From positions 641,037 to 705,036 of the forward strand of contig VXVC01000004.1 in assembly GCA_009836625.1 (NCBI GenBank): 64,000 bases of DNA, read 5' to 3'. A model generated the notes under the pieces. That model saw nothing but the letters and a program-made list of their open reading frames with translations, searched no databases and was not told the DNA's origin. The stretch is from Holophagales bacterium. GTDB lineage: Bacteria; Acidobacteriota; Thermoanaerobaculia; Multivoradales; Multivoraceae. Of this stretch, positions 18,464 through 27,498 are shown piece by piece (the first letter of the stretch is position 1; every line of letters begins with the position of its first letter). The position numbers and the translations under genes were made by a program.

Positions 18464-21436
18464 GTGATGTTGATGTCGAGGACAGTCGGGGCAACCGCCG
18501 CGTTGTGGGTTTGGGCTGCGAGTGCGGCGTTTGGCCAGCAGACGGTTACCTTCGAGGCGGAGGGCGCGTCGGAGGGGGACCTGCGCGGGGGCCTGGAACT
18601 CCGGATCGATGGGGAGAGCGTCGAGATCGAGGGCGTGGCGCGGGCGGAGAGCGACTGGCGGACGCTGGTCTATGTCGATCTCGCCCTGACCACGCCGGGG
18701 CCGGTGTTTCAACTCGCCGAGGTGTTGCTGGAGCAACTCGATCCGCTGCTCGAGGCCGGCAGCCTGGAGATCGTGGTTGCAAATCCGCAGGCGCGGACGA
18801 TTCTGCCTCCGACCCGGGACCGCGACCTCGCGGAAGCGGCGTTGAGCCGCTTGGCCACGGGTGAAGAAGCGTCCAGCGCGCTGGTCGACAGGCGACGTCT
18901 GTTCACCAGCGAACGGGACATCGAGTTCTCGAGAGCCCGGCAGCAGGCCGCGGCGGGAAGCCGCGACCGCCTGACCGAACTGGAGGTCGTGCTGGAGCAG
19001 ATGGCGAGGGACGCGATCCGCGAGGAGGCGGCGATGCGGAGCAACCAGATCGATGAGATCGTCTTGTTCCTGGCGGCGCGCGAGGACCTGAGGCGCGACG
19101 CGCCAAGCGCAACGCAGTCCACGCGCCGACACCTGGTGCTGCTGGCCGACGGGCTGGTCACCGATCCGTTGAGTTTCTACCTCGAGCTGGTGCCGACCGC
19201 CGGTTCCCTCGCCGTCGAGGCGGCGACGATTCCCGATCTCGGCGGCGTCGCCCGCGCCGCGGCGGCGTTCGGCTGGACGGCGGCGCCGGTGGCCTTTGCC
19301 GCGAACGAGAACGGCGACGGCGTTCGCGTCCGCTCGAACGAGGTGACCGTCGGCTTCACGCTCCGCTTCAACCGGCCGCGCACCGGCGCTTCGCAGACGG
19401 TCGAGGAGGAACTGGGCCTCTTCGTGCAGCCGTCCGACTGGACGGTGGCCGCCGACGCCACGGGCGGCGAGGTGCTTCTGAACGAAGTCGCGATCGCGAA
19501 CTGGATCGGGCGGCTCCCCAGCCGCTTCGAGGCGAGCTTCGAACTTCCCGGCGGCGCCGCTGCCGCCGGCGCGTTCGACCTGAGCGACGGCGCGGGCGAG
19601 ATTGACGCGCCCACCGTCACTCCCGGAGCGGGTTCACCGGATGACGTGGCCGAGGTACGACTGCGCCGCGCCTTCGAGGGCGAGCTTGACAGCGAGTTCG
19701 AAGGCGGCGACGCCGGAGTCGAGGTCGTGGCCTCGATCCGGATCGAGTCGGCCTCGCCCGAGCGGGTTGTCGGCCGGCTGACAAGCACCATCGTGCCGCC
19801 CGCCGGCTCGCCGCCGGCTGACGCTTCGACATGGAGAGTCAGCACCGGCCTCCACCGCGAGGACGGCAGCGTCGTCACCAGCCACGGGGTTCCGTTCGCC
19901 GTCCCCGGAGGGGAGAACCTGACCTTCGAACGACCGCTCCAGCTTCCGCCAGGCACGGATTCGGCGATCGTCCTGGCCGAGAATCTCCGCGACGGACGCT
20001 GGGGCTACGCGGTCGTCGACTTTCTCGACCTCGTGGAACAGGCCGTCGATGCCGGCACCGCGGGCACGCGGGCGATCAGCCTCCGGCCGGAGGACCCCCG
20101 GAACCGGCGCGGCCGCGCCACGTTCGTGGCCGAGGTTCTCGACCCGTTCATCGACCAGGTCGAGCGGGTCGTCTTCTACTTCAACGGCCGGCGGGTCGCG
20201 GCCCGCAACCGGGCGCCGTACCGGGCGCGGATCGACCTGGGCCGCGGCGACCGACTCGGCCGGGTCGAGGCGGTCGCCTTCGACGCGGAGGACCGGGAGC
20301 TCGACCGCCACGAACTCCTGGTCAACCAGCCGCCTCATGCCTTCTGGGTCCGCATCACCGAGCCCGAGGAGGGGCTGCTGGCCGGCCCGGTGGAAGTTGC
20401 CGCCGAACTCAAGCTGCCGCGCGGTGGCCGCCTGCTGGAGATGCGCTTCTTCGTCAAGGACCGTCTGGCGGGGACGGCAACCGAGGCGCCGTTTCGCCGC
20501 GAGGTGCTGGTGCCGGTGGGCGATCCGGAGTCCTACCTGCGGGTCGAGGCCCAGTTGACGGACGGGCGGATCGCCGAGGATGTCCTGTTCCTCTCCCGTC
20601 CCGGCCTCTCCGCCCGCATCGGGGTCGAACTCGTCCAGCTCTACGTCGTCGCCACCGACCGCTCGGGGCAGCCCGTCAGGGATCTGACGGCTGGCGACTT
20701 CTCCGTCTTCGAGGACGACCGCGCCCAGGAACTCGAGTCCTTCCGGATCGCTTTCGACCTGCCGCTTACGCTGGGACTGGCGATCGACACCTCGAGCAGC
20801 CTGTTCCTGCGCATGCCCGATGTGAAGCGGGCGGCCGTCGAGTTCCTCGATTCGCTCGAGCCGACGCGCGACCGCGCGTTCCTGGTTGGCTTCGGAAGCG
20901 AACCGCGACTGGTCCGGGCCGCGACCTACAACCTGAACGCGGTTCGGGGCGGCATCGGGGCGCTCAGGCCGCGCGGCCGCACGGCCGTCTGGGGCGCGCT
21001 GTCGCTGGCCCTGGATCAGCTCGAGGGGCTGCGCGGCCGCAAGGCGCTCGTGGTCTTCTACGACGGCGACGACGAGGACTCCGACGCCGCCTTCCGGCAG
21101 AGCCTCGACCAGGCGCGGCGCGCCCGGGTGCCCGTCTACCTGGTGCTGATGAACGACGAAGCGGCTCGCACGGACGGCCGGAGCTTCAGCACCCGCACCT
21201 TCGTCAGCAAGCTCGAGCGGATGGCGAGGGCAGGAGGCGGGCGCGTCTACTACGTGCGCCACGATCAGGATCTGGAACCGATTTTCGACTCGATCAGCCG
21301 CGAGCTCCGCAGTCACTACCTCCTGACCTACTACCCGAAGGAGGAACCGGGAGGTCCGAACTGGCGCGAGGTCAGCGTGGAACTCGACCGTACCGGTGTC
21401 CTGGCGCGGACGATCGAGGGGCGGGAAGTGAGGTAG
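18464..21436 (+). CDS. Large secreted protein with C-terminal von Willebrand factor A domain (VWFA-related, Acidobacteria-type), 990 aa
   Basis: Signal peptide (AASAAFGQQ). The C-terminal ~300 aa form a VWA domain with an intact MIDAS site (LAIDTSSSL = DxSxS; later T and D residues). Characteristic blocks LTAGDFSVFEDDRAQELESF, KALVVFYDGDDEDS and GGRVYYV are shared with the downstream paralog. The N-terminal 650 aa are Ala/Gly/Glu-rich with no recognisable domain. Confidence 0.7.
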   Translation: MMLMSRTVGATAALWVWAASAAFGQQTVTFEAEGASEGDLRGGLELRIDGESVEIEGVARAESDWRTLVYVDLALTTPGPVFQLAEVLLEQLDPLLEAGSLEIVVANPQARTILPPTRDRDLAEAALSRLATGEEASSALVDRRRLFTSERDIEFSRARQQAAAGSRDRLTELEVVLEQMARDAIREEAAMRSNQIDEIVLFLAAREDLRRDAPSATQSTRRHLVLLADGLVTDPLSFYLELVPTAGSLAVEAATIPDLGGVARAAAAFGWTAAPVAFAANENGDGVRVRSNEVTVGFTLRFNRPRTGASQTVEEELGLFVQPSDWTVAADATGGEVLLNEVAIANWIGRLPSRFEASFELPGGAAAAGAFDLSDGAGEIDAPTVTPGAGSPDDVAEVRLRRAFEGELDSEFEGGDAGVEVVASIRIESASPERVVGRLTSTIVPPAGSPPADASTWRVSTGLHREDGSVVTSHGVPFAVPGGENLTFERPLQLPPGTDSAIVLAENLRDGRWGYAVVDFLDLVEQAVDAGTAGTRAISLRPEDPRNRRGRATFVAEVLDPFIDQVERVVFYFNGRRVAARNRAPYRARIDLGRGDRLGRVEAVAFDAEDRELDRHELLVNQPPHAFWVRITEPEEGLLAGPVEVAAELKLPRGGRLLEMRFFVKDRLAGTATEAPFRREVLVPVGDPESYLRVEAQLTDGRIAEDVLFLSRPGLSARIGVELVQLYVVATDRSGQPVRDLTAGDFSVFEDDRAQELESFRIAFDLPLTLGLAIDTSSSLFLRMPDVKRAAVEFLDSLEPTRDRAFLVGFGSEPRLVRAATYNLNAVRGGIGALRPRGRTAVWGALSLALDQLEGLRGRKALVVFYDGDDEDSDAAFRQSLDQARRARVPVYLVLMNDEAARTDGRSFSTRTFVSKLERMARAGGGRVYYVRHDQDLEPIFDSISRELRSHYLLTYYPKEEPGGPNWREVSVELDRTGVLARTIEGREVR

Positions 21437-21442
21437 ACAGGG

Positions 21443-24400
21443 ATGATCTCCACCTGCTCACGGCACCGTCTGCTGCCGGCGGTTGTCGCGCTACTCGCTG
21501 CGCTCTGCCCCGCCGCCGCCACGGCGCAGATGCCGAGCCGCGAGGCCGAGATCATCCTCCAGGTCCCCGCCTCGGGGCCGCTCCGGGAGTTCGATGCCAG
21601 AAGCTTCGAGATCCTCGAGAACGGCGCGACCCGGGAGATTCTGTCGGTCGAACCGGTGGCGGAGCGGTGGCGAATCGTCATCTACTTCGATCTGCCTGGC
21701 TCGACTCCCGAGGGCATCGAGGCGGCGGCGGCGGCCGTCGGCAACGCCGCCGATGCTCTGGTGGCGCTCGGCGACGTCGAGATGATCGCAGCCGACCGGA
21801 TCGCAGAGGTCGAGCTCGCCCCGACCGCGAACGCCGGGGCGGTACGGGCGGCCGCCGCGGCAGTCGCCACGCGGGCCGGCGCAGCGGGCGTCCTGCTGGA
21901 CAGGCGCCGGGACCTGCGGGCGGCCGCCGACGCACGCTCAGGCGACCCGGACGCGGACGCTCTCCGTACAGCCGACCTGCTCGAGGGAGTCCTGCTGGAG
22001 CTGGACACGCTGCGCTGGCAGCGGGCCAACCTGCTCGAGTCGATCGAGGGCGCATCCTGGGCAGCCGGGCAGCCGCGGGCCCTGTTCCTCGTGCGAGACG
22101 CGACCGACCTGAACGCCGACGCTTTCGCTGAGGAGCTGCTGGGCGAGCCGACGCCCGCCTTCGAACGCGCAGCCCTGAGCGAGCAGCGACGGCAGCGCAG
22201 CCTGACTCGCACCGTCGCGGCGCTCGGATGGCGCGTCTACTCCCTTCAGCTTGCCCCGGCGGCCCAGGAGGTTGACGATCTCCTGCCAGGACGCGTTGAG
22301 GCATCACGGGCGTTCTCGCATGCCGCCGGCGGCGAGGTGCTCGCCGACGCCGCCGAGCTCGCCGCGGCAACTGAGCGCCTGCGGGCGTCCTGGCGGGTCC
22401 GCTACCGTTCGTCCGGCACCCGCGACGGGGCCGCTCATCCGGTCGACGTGCGCATCGCCTCCGATGCCGCGTCCAGCGGACCTCCGCCTGACGTTTCCGC
22501 GCGCCGCTGGGCCACGGTCGCGGCGCCGGCTGACCTGGTGGCCCTGCGCGCCAGCCGCGCCCTCGACGCCTTGAGCCGGGACGGCGACCGGTCCATCCTC
22601 GGAGGCAACGGCGAACTCGCGATCCGCGGCGTTCTCCTGCCCCAGGGCATCCAGTCGACCACCGAGGGCGCGCCCGCCGAGTTCGTCACGCTCGACGGTC
22701 TCGCCACCGTCGGCGCCGATCCCCCGCAGTCGAGCGACGCCCTCCGGCTCACGGTCTACGGCCGCGGCCTGGACGCGCCAGCCTTCCTGCTTCATCGCGG
22801 GGGAAACGGAACCCGACTCAGGGAAGGTGCATGGCGGTTTCGCACTCTCTTCGACCTGCCGGTGGCCATCGACGAACTCGTTCTGATGGTCGAGGACCTG
22901 CGCAACGACCGCTGGCAGGTCGAATTTCTCGAGACCGCGTCAAGCCCTCTCGATGACCGCGGCGACATCGAGCTACTCGTGCCGGAGCCCGGTCCCGATT
23001 CGCTGACCGCCCGCCGCACCGAAACCGAGATCCTCACGGCGGCCAGGGCCGCTGCCCGCCGGGCCGGCTGGGCCGGCGGCTCCCGTGGTCCCCGCCGCGC
23101 GAACATCCTCGACCCCGGCCCCGGCTCCAGCCTGGTCCGTCTGATCCCGCCCCGCGGCGAGCGGTCGGGGCTCAGCGGCAGGAAGTCGTTCAGTACGGTG
23201 ACCACGAGCGACGTGGTGCGCCGGGTGGAGTTCTACCTCGACGGCGAGCAGGTCTTCGACGATCGACGCAAGCCGTTCCAGACCACCATCGACCTGGGGC
23301 CGGAGGCGGTGCCTCACACGATCCGGATCGTCGCCTACGACCGCTCGGATCGCTGGCTGAGCGAGGACGAACTGACGATCAATGAGCACCAAACCCGGGC
23401 CGGAGTCGGCATCGCGGCGGTGGAAGAGGAGCCCGGAGGCCGCTACGCCGTTGAAGCCCGGGTGGAGCTGGCCGGTGGTCGCGTTCTCGACCGGGTCGAG
23501 TTCTACCGGAACGACCGTCTCGCGGCCACCATGACGCGGCCTCCGTTCCGCACCGTTCTGCCCGGTCCCGCGCTGCCCGGCGCCGACTTCGCCCGCGTCG
23601 CCGTCCACCTGGACGACGGCACGATCATCGAAGACGTGGAGTTTCTCTCGGCCGATACGCCCATGGCCGAGACCGTGGTCAACCTGGTCGAGGTCTACGT
23701 CATCGTGAACGACGACGAGGGCAAGCCGATCACTACCCTCGAGCCCGACGACTTCGTGCTGAAAGCGGGTCGAAGAGAGATCCCGATCGAGCGCTTCGCG
23801 GTTGCCGAAGACGTGCCCCTGGTGCTTGGCCTGGCGGTCGACAGTTCCCAGAGCATGTGGGCCCTGATGCCGGACACCCGGCAGGCGGCGGCCCGCTTCC
23901 TCGGCAACACCCTGACCCGGATCGACCAGGCGTTCGTCGTCGACTTCGACACCCGGCCGCGCCTGCTCTCCGACACCACCGCCGACGTCGGCGAACTCAT
24001 CGGCACCCTGGGGAAGATCCAGGCAGACGGGTTCACCGCCCTCTACGACGCCATGCAGTTCTGCCTTGTGCATCTCGCCCGAGACCAGGGGCGCCGTGCC
24101 CTCGTCGTGCTGACCGACGGCGACGACTACGGCAGCCAGAGCGGCTACCGCCGGACCTTCCGGACGGCTGGGAACACCGGCGTGCCGATCTACGTCATCT
24201 CGATGAGCCAGGGCGAGGATCGCAGGGGACGCGGTCCCCGCAAACTGGACCTGGAAGCGATCACGAAGGCGAGCGGCGGCCGCGTGTACTACGTCGCCAG
24301 CATGGAGGCCGTGTTCTGGGCCTACGGGCATATCGGCGAGGAACTGCGCAGCCAGTACATGCTCGGCTACTCGACGAGCGAGCCGCTGACTCCCCGCGAG

Positions 24401-24481
24401 GTGCAGTCCATCAAGGTGGAACTGCGGGACCAGCGGAACGATCGCGAAGTGCGGATGACCGTCGGCCGCGGCCGAGGCTAG
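21443..24481 (+). CDS. Large secreted protein with C-terminal von Willebrand factor A domain (paralog of 18464-21436), 1012 aa
   Basis: Signal peptide (LCPAAATAQ). C-terminal VWA domain with MIDAS LAVDSSQSM, shared blocks LEPDDFVLKAGRREIPIERF, RALVVLTDGDDYGS and GGRVYYV. Starts 6 nt after the paralog's stop. Confidence 0.7.
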   Translation: MISTCSRHRLLPAVVALLAALCPAAATAQMPSREAEIILQVPASGPLREFDARSFEILENGATREILSVEPVAERWRIVIYFDLPGSTPEGIEAAAAAVGNAADALVALGDVEMIAADRIAEVELAPTANAGAVRAAAAAVATRAGAAGVLLDRRRDLRAAADARSGDPDADALRTADLLEGVLLELDTLRWQRANLLESIEGASWAAGQPRALFLVRDATDLNADAFAEELLGEPTPAFERAALSEQRRQRSLTRTVAALGWRVYSLQLAPAAQEVDDLLPGRVEASRAFSHAAGGEVLADAAELAAATERLRASWRVRYRSSGTRDGAAHPVDVRIASDAASSGPPPDVSARRWATVAAPADLVALRASRALDALSRDGDRSILGGNGELAIRGVLLPQGIQSTTEGAPAEFVTLDGLATVGADPPQSSDALRLTVYGRGLDAPAFLLHRGGNGTRLREGAWRFRTLFDLPVAIDELVLMVEDLRNDRWQVEFLETASSPLDDRGDIELLVPEPGPDSLTARRTETEILTAARAAARRAGWAGGSRGPRRANILDPGPGSSLVRLIPPRGERSGLSGRKSFSTVTTSDVVRRVEFYLDGEQVFDDRRKPFQTTIDLGPEAVPHTIRIVAYDRSDRWLSEDELTINEHQTRAGVGIAAVEEEPGGRYAVEARVELAGGRVLDRVEFYRNDRLAATMTRPPFRTVLPGPALPGADFARVAVHLDDGTIIEDVEFLSADTPMAETVVNLVEVYVIVNDDEGKPITTLEPDDFVLKAGRREIPIERFAVAEDVPLVLGLAVDSSQSMWALMPDTRQAAARFLGNTLTRIDQAFVVDFDTRPRLLSDTTADVGELIGTLGKIQADGFTALYDAMQFCLVHLARDQGRRALVVLTDGDDYGSQSGYRRTFRTAGNTGVPIYVISMSQGEDRRGRGPRKLDLEAITKASGGRVYYVASMEAVFWAYGHIGEELRSQYMLGYSTSEPLTPREVQSIKVELRDQRNDREVRMTVGRGRG

Positions 24482-25338
24482 GGCTCGGCGATCACCGGGT
24501 TCTCGAGCGTTCCGAGTCCTTCGATCTCGATCCGTACCGTGTCGCCGGCGACGAGGAACTTCGGCGGATCGTAGGCCGCGCCCACGCCGGCGGGCGTGCC
24601 GGTGCTCACCACGTCGCCCGGTTCGAGCGTGCACATGGTCGAGATCGTCTCGACCAGCCTGGAACAGTCGAAGACGAGTTCCCGCGTGTTCGAGTCCTGC
24701 CGCAACTCGTCGTTGACCCACGTGCGGATGCCGAGCGAGCCCGGTTCCTCGACCTCGTCGGCGGTCACCAGGTACGGTCCCATCGGACCGTGGGTGTCCC
24801 AGCCCTTGCCGAGGATCATCGTCGGCGAACGCCGCTGCCAATCGCGAACGGACACGTCGTTGACGATCGTGTAGCCGGCTATGGCGGCGGCAGCGTCTTC
24901 GGCGGCAACGCCCCGGCAACGCCGGCCGATGACGAAGGCGAACTCGCCCTCGTAGTCGACTGCCGAGGACGCACGCGGGATGTGGATGTCCCCTCCCGGC
25001 CGGTTGACGCAGGTCACCTGCTTGTTAAACACGGTCGGGAACCTGGGGAGCTGCTGTCCGGTCTCGGCCGCGTGATCGGCGTAGTTGAGGCCGATGGCGA
25101 AGAACTTCCGCGGCTTCGGGACCGGCGCCAGCAACGTCTGATCGGCGAGCGGCACGCGGCCGGCGCCCGAGTCGGCGGCACGATGGGCCGCGTCCATCGC
25201 CTCCTCGCCGGCCGCCAGGAACCGGCACATGCCGCGCGGCAGTTCCGGCGCGGCTGCGCTCAGATCGACGACCGTCTCCTCGTTCGCGAGCACGCCGATC
25301 GCGGACCGGCCATCGCGTAGCAGGGAAAGGAGCTTCAT
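24478..25338 (-). CDS. Fumarylacetoacetate hydrolase (FAH) family protein
   Basis: Typical FAH-family blocks: KFFAIGLNYADHAAE, DYEGEFAFVIGRRC, GPMGPYLVTADEV, GDVVSTGTPAGVG. The ATG (MKLLSLLRDG) overlaps the stop of the upstream PQQ dehydrogenase (ATGA), and RBS GGAAAGGAG is present. The upstream part of the 512-aa six-frame ORF is a frame artefact. Confidence 0.85.
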   Translation of the reverse strand: MKLLSLLRDGRSAIGVLANEETVVDLSAAAPELPRGMCRFLAAGEEAMDAAHRAADSGAGRVPLADQTLLAPVPKPRKFFAIGLNYADHAAETGQQLPRFPTVFNKQVTCVNRPGGDIHIPRASSAVDYEGEFAFVIGRRCRGVAAEDAAAAIAGYTIVNDVSVRDWQRRSPTMILGKGWDTHGPMGPYLVTADEVEEPGSLGIRTWVNDELRQDSNTRELVFDCSRLVETISTMCTLEPGDVVSTGTPAGVGAAYDPPKFLVAGDTVRIEIEGLGTLENPVIAEP

Positions 25339-27290
25339 GGACCGGCTTCCTCCGCAACGGCTCCCGGCAACGCCAGGGCGATGACCTCGGCCCTCTCGGC
25401 TCCTCCGACTGCGAGCGCGATGTACTGGCGCCCGCCGATCGCGTAGGACATGGGCGTCCCGCTCGGAGACGCGTCGAGCTCGATCTCGTGGATCACCTCG
25501 CCGGTCTTCTTGTCGTGCGCCCGGAGGACCGAGACCTCGCCGCCGCCATCGCCGCCGGTCAGCCCCGGGGCGCCGCCCTGGGCCTGGAAGAGCAGCGTCT
25601 TCGTCAGCAACGGACCGGCCGCGGGCGGTCCGCCGAGGGGACCCGGATCCTCGCCAGTGAGCTCCATCACCTGCTGTCGCGGCCCGTCGCCCAGCGGTCT
25701 CATCCAGGCGTGCTCGCCGGTATTCAGATCGATCGCCGTCATCCTGCCGTAGGGCGGCCTCGTCAGGGGCAGGCCCTCGGGACCCTGCAGGAAGAAGCTC
25801 TCTATGCCGCTCATCCCGCGCACGTAGCGGAAGTTCGAGCGGGCGCCGTCCGGTTCGACCAGCTTGACCACCATCGGCCCTGTAAACGACGGGATGTAGA
25901 TCGTGGACGTCGCGGGGTCGACCGCGGCGCCGTACCAGTTCGCGCCGCCGCCCCAGCCTGGCAGCAACAAGGTGCCCTGAAGCGACGGCGGCGTGAACAG
26001 AGGTCCGGCAACCCACTTGTCGCGGATCGCCTTCGCCGCTTCGTGCAGTTCCGGCGTGAACGAAATGAGCATGTCATCGCTCTCGAAGCCCTGGTGTTCG
26101 TAGGGCGCCGGCCTGGTCGGGAACGGCTGGGTCGGCGACGTCCGCTCGCCGGGGACGTCCGTCTGCGGCACCGGCCGCTCCTCGATCGGCCACACGTGCT
26201 CCCCGGTCGCGCGGTCGAAGACGTAGATGAAGCCCTGCTTCGTGATCTGGGCGACCGCCTTGATCTCCCTGCCGTCGACCTTGATGTCGACCAGGTTCGG
26301 CGCCGCCGGCACGTCATAGTCCCAGAGGCCGTGGTGCACGAACTGGAAGTGCCACACCTTCTCGCCGGTGTCGGCGTCGAGGCAGACCAGGCTCTCGGCG
26401 TAGAGGTTGTCTCCGAGGCGGTGGCCGCCGTACCAGTCGTTCGTCGGCGTACCCGTCGGCAGGTAGACGTAGCCCAGTTCCGCATCGCCGCTCATCAGCG
26501 ACCAGACGTTCGTGTTGCCGCTGTAGGTCCAGGACTCGTCTTCCCAGGTCTCGACGCCCGGTTCGTCGCCCTGGGGAATCGTGTGGAAGATCCACTTCTG
26601 CTCCCCGGTGCGGATGTCGAAACCGCGCACGTGGCCGGGCGGCATCTCCTTGCGTGTCGGCCCGTCGAAGATGGAAGAACCGACGACCACGGTGTCGCCG
26701 ATGATCATCGGCGCGGAGATGACCGAGTAGATGCGACGCTGCACCGGCCGCCCGAGACCCTGGGTCAGGTCGACCTTGCCTCCCTCGCCGAAGCCGCCGA
26801 CCGGTTCGCCGGTGTGGGCGTCGATCGCCCAAAGGTACGCCTGATTGGTCGGCATCAGGATCCGCGCCTGCTCCCCGTCCGTCCAGTAGCCGACGCCCCG
26901 GTGGTTGTAGCCGAGGTTCGTCGGTCGACTCGTGCGCCAATCCTCCGTGTCGAAGACCCACTTCTGCTCGCCGGTCGCCCCGTCGACCGCGGCCACCTGG
27001 CCGAAGGAGGTCGACACGTAAAGCGTGCCGCCGACCATGAGCGGCGTCACCTTGTAGGGCCCGGGCCTGAGGAACCGGGCCCGGTCTGCCGCTTCCGTGT
27101 TGTCGGGGGACTCCCAGCGCCAGGCCACCTCGAGGTCGGCGACGTTGTCCCGGTCGATCTGGTCGAGCGCGGTGTACTTCGTGCTGCCGTAGTCGCCGCC
27201 GTAGGACGGCCAGTTGCCGTCGCCAACGCCGTGCTGGGCCCAGGCCGTTGCCGAAGCGAGAGCCAGCAACGCCGACACCAGCGTCGACAT
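25335..27290 (-). CDS. PQQ-dependent dehydrogenase (quinoprotein, eight-bladed beta-propeller), periplasmic
   Basis: Signal peptide MSTLVSALLALASATAWAQ. Repeated PQQ-propeller W-motifs (GEQKWVFDT, GEQKWIFHT, GEKVWHFQF, GEHVWPIEE, GEHAWMRPL) and the characteristic SYGGDYGSTKYTALDQI N-terminal block. The start is chosen at the Met preceding the signal peptide; the six-frame ORF extends further upstream. Confidence 0.8.
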   Translation of the reverse strand: MSTLVSALLALASATAWAQHGVGDGNWPSYGGDYGSTKYTALDQIDRDNVADLEVAWRWESPDNTEAADRARFLRPGPYKVTPLMVGGTLYVSTSFGQVAAVDGATGEQKWVFDTEDWRTSRPTNLGYNHRGVGYWTDGEQARILMPTNQAYLWAIDAHTGEPVGGFGEGGKVDLTQGLGRPVQRRIYSVISAPMIIGDTVVVGSSIFDGPTRKEMPPGHVRGFDIRTGEQKWIFHTIPQGDEPGVETWEDESWTYSGNTNVWSLMSGDAELGYVYLPTGTPTNDWYGGHRLGDNLYAESLVCLDADTGEKVWHFQFVHHGLWDYDVPAAPNLVDIKVDGREIKAVAQITKQGFIYVFDRATGEHVWPIEERPVPQTDVPGERTSPTQPFPTRPAPYEHQGFESDDMLISFTPELHEAAKAIRDKWVAGPLFTPPSLQGTLLLPGWGGGANWYGAAVDPATSTIYIPSFTGPMVVKLVEPDGARSNFRYVRGMSGIESFFLQGPEGLPLTRPPYGRMTAIDLNTGEHAWMRPLGDGPRQQVMELTGEDPGPLGGPPAAGPLLTKTLLFQAQGGAPGLTGGDGGGEVSVLRAHDKKTGEVIHEIELDASPSGTPMSYAIGGRQYIALAVGGAERAEVIALALPGAVAEEAGP

Positions 27291-27498
27291 CGCGAATCTT
27301 CGTTGTGATCTGGTCAAGGGCCTTCTCCTTCGGTCGTTTCGCAGCCGCGCGATCATACCGGCGGCCGAACCACGGCAGCCGCATGTCGGACACGTTCTCC
27401 TCCCCTTCTGTACGCGGCTGGACGCCCCGAGTTGACCCCGCTTGCCATATGCTTGCCGTTCACCGACCGACCGTTCGGACGCCTCAACGACCAACCCG

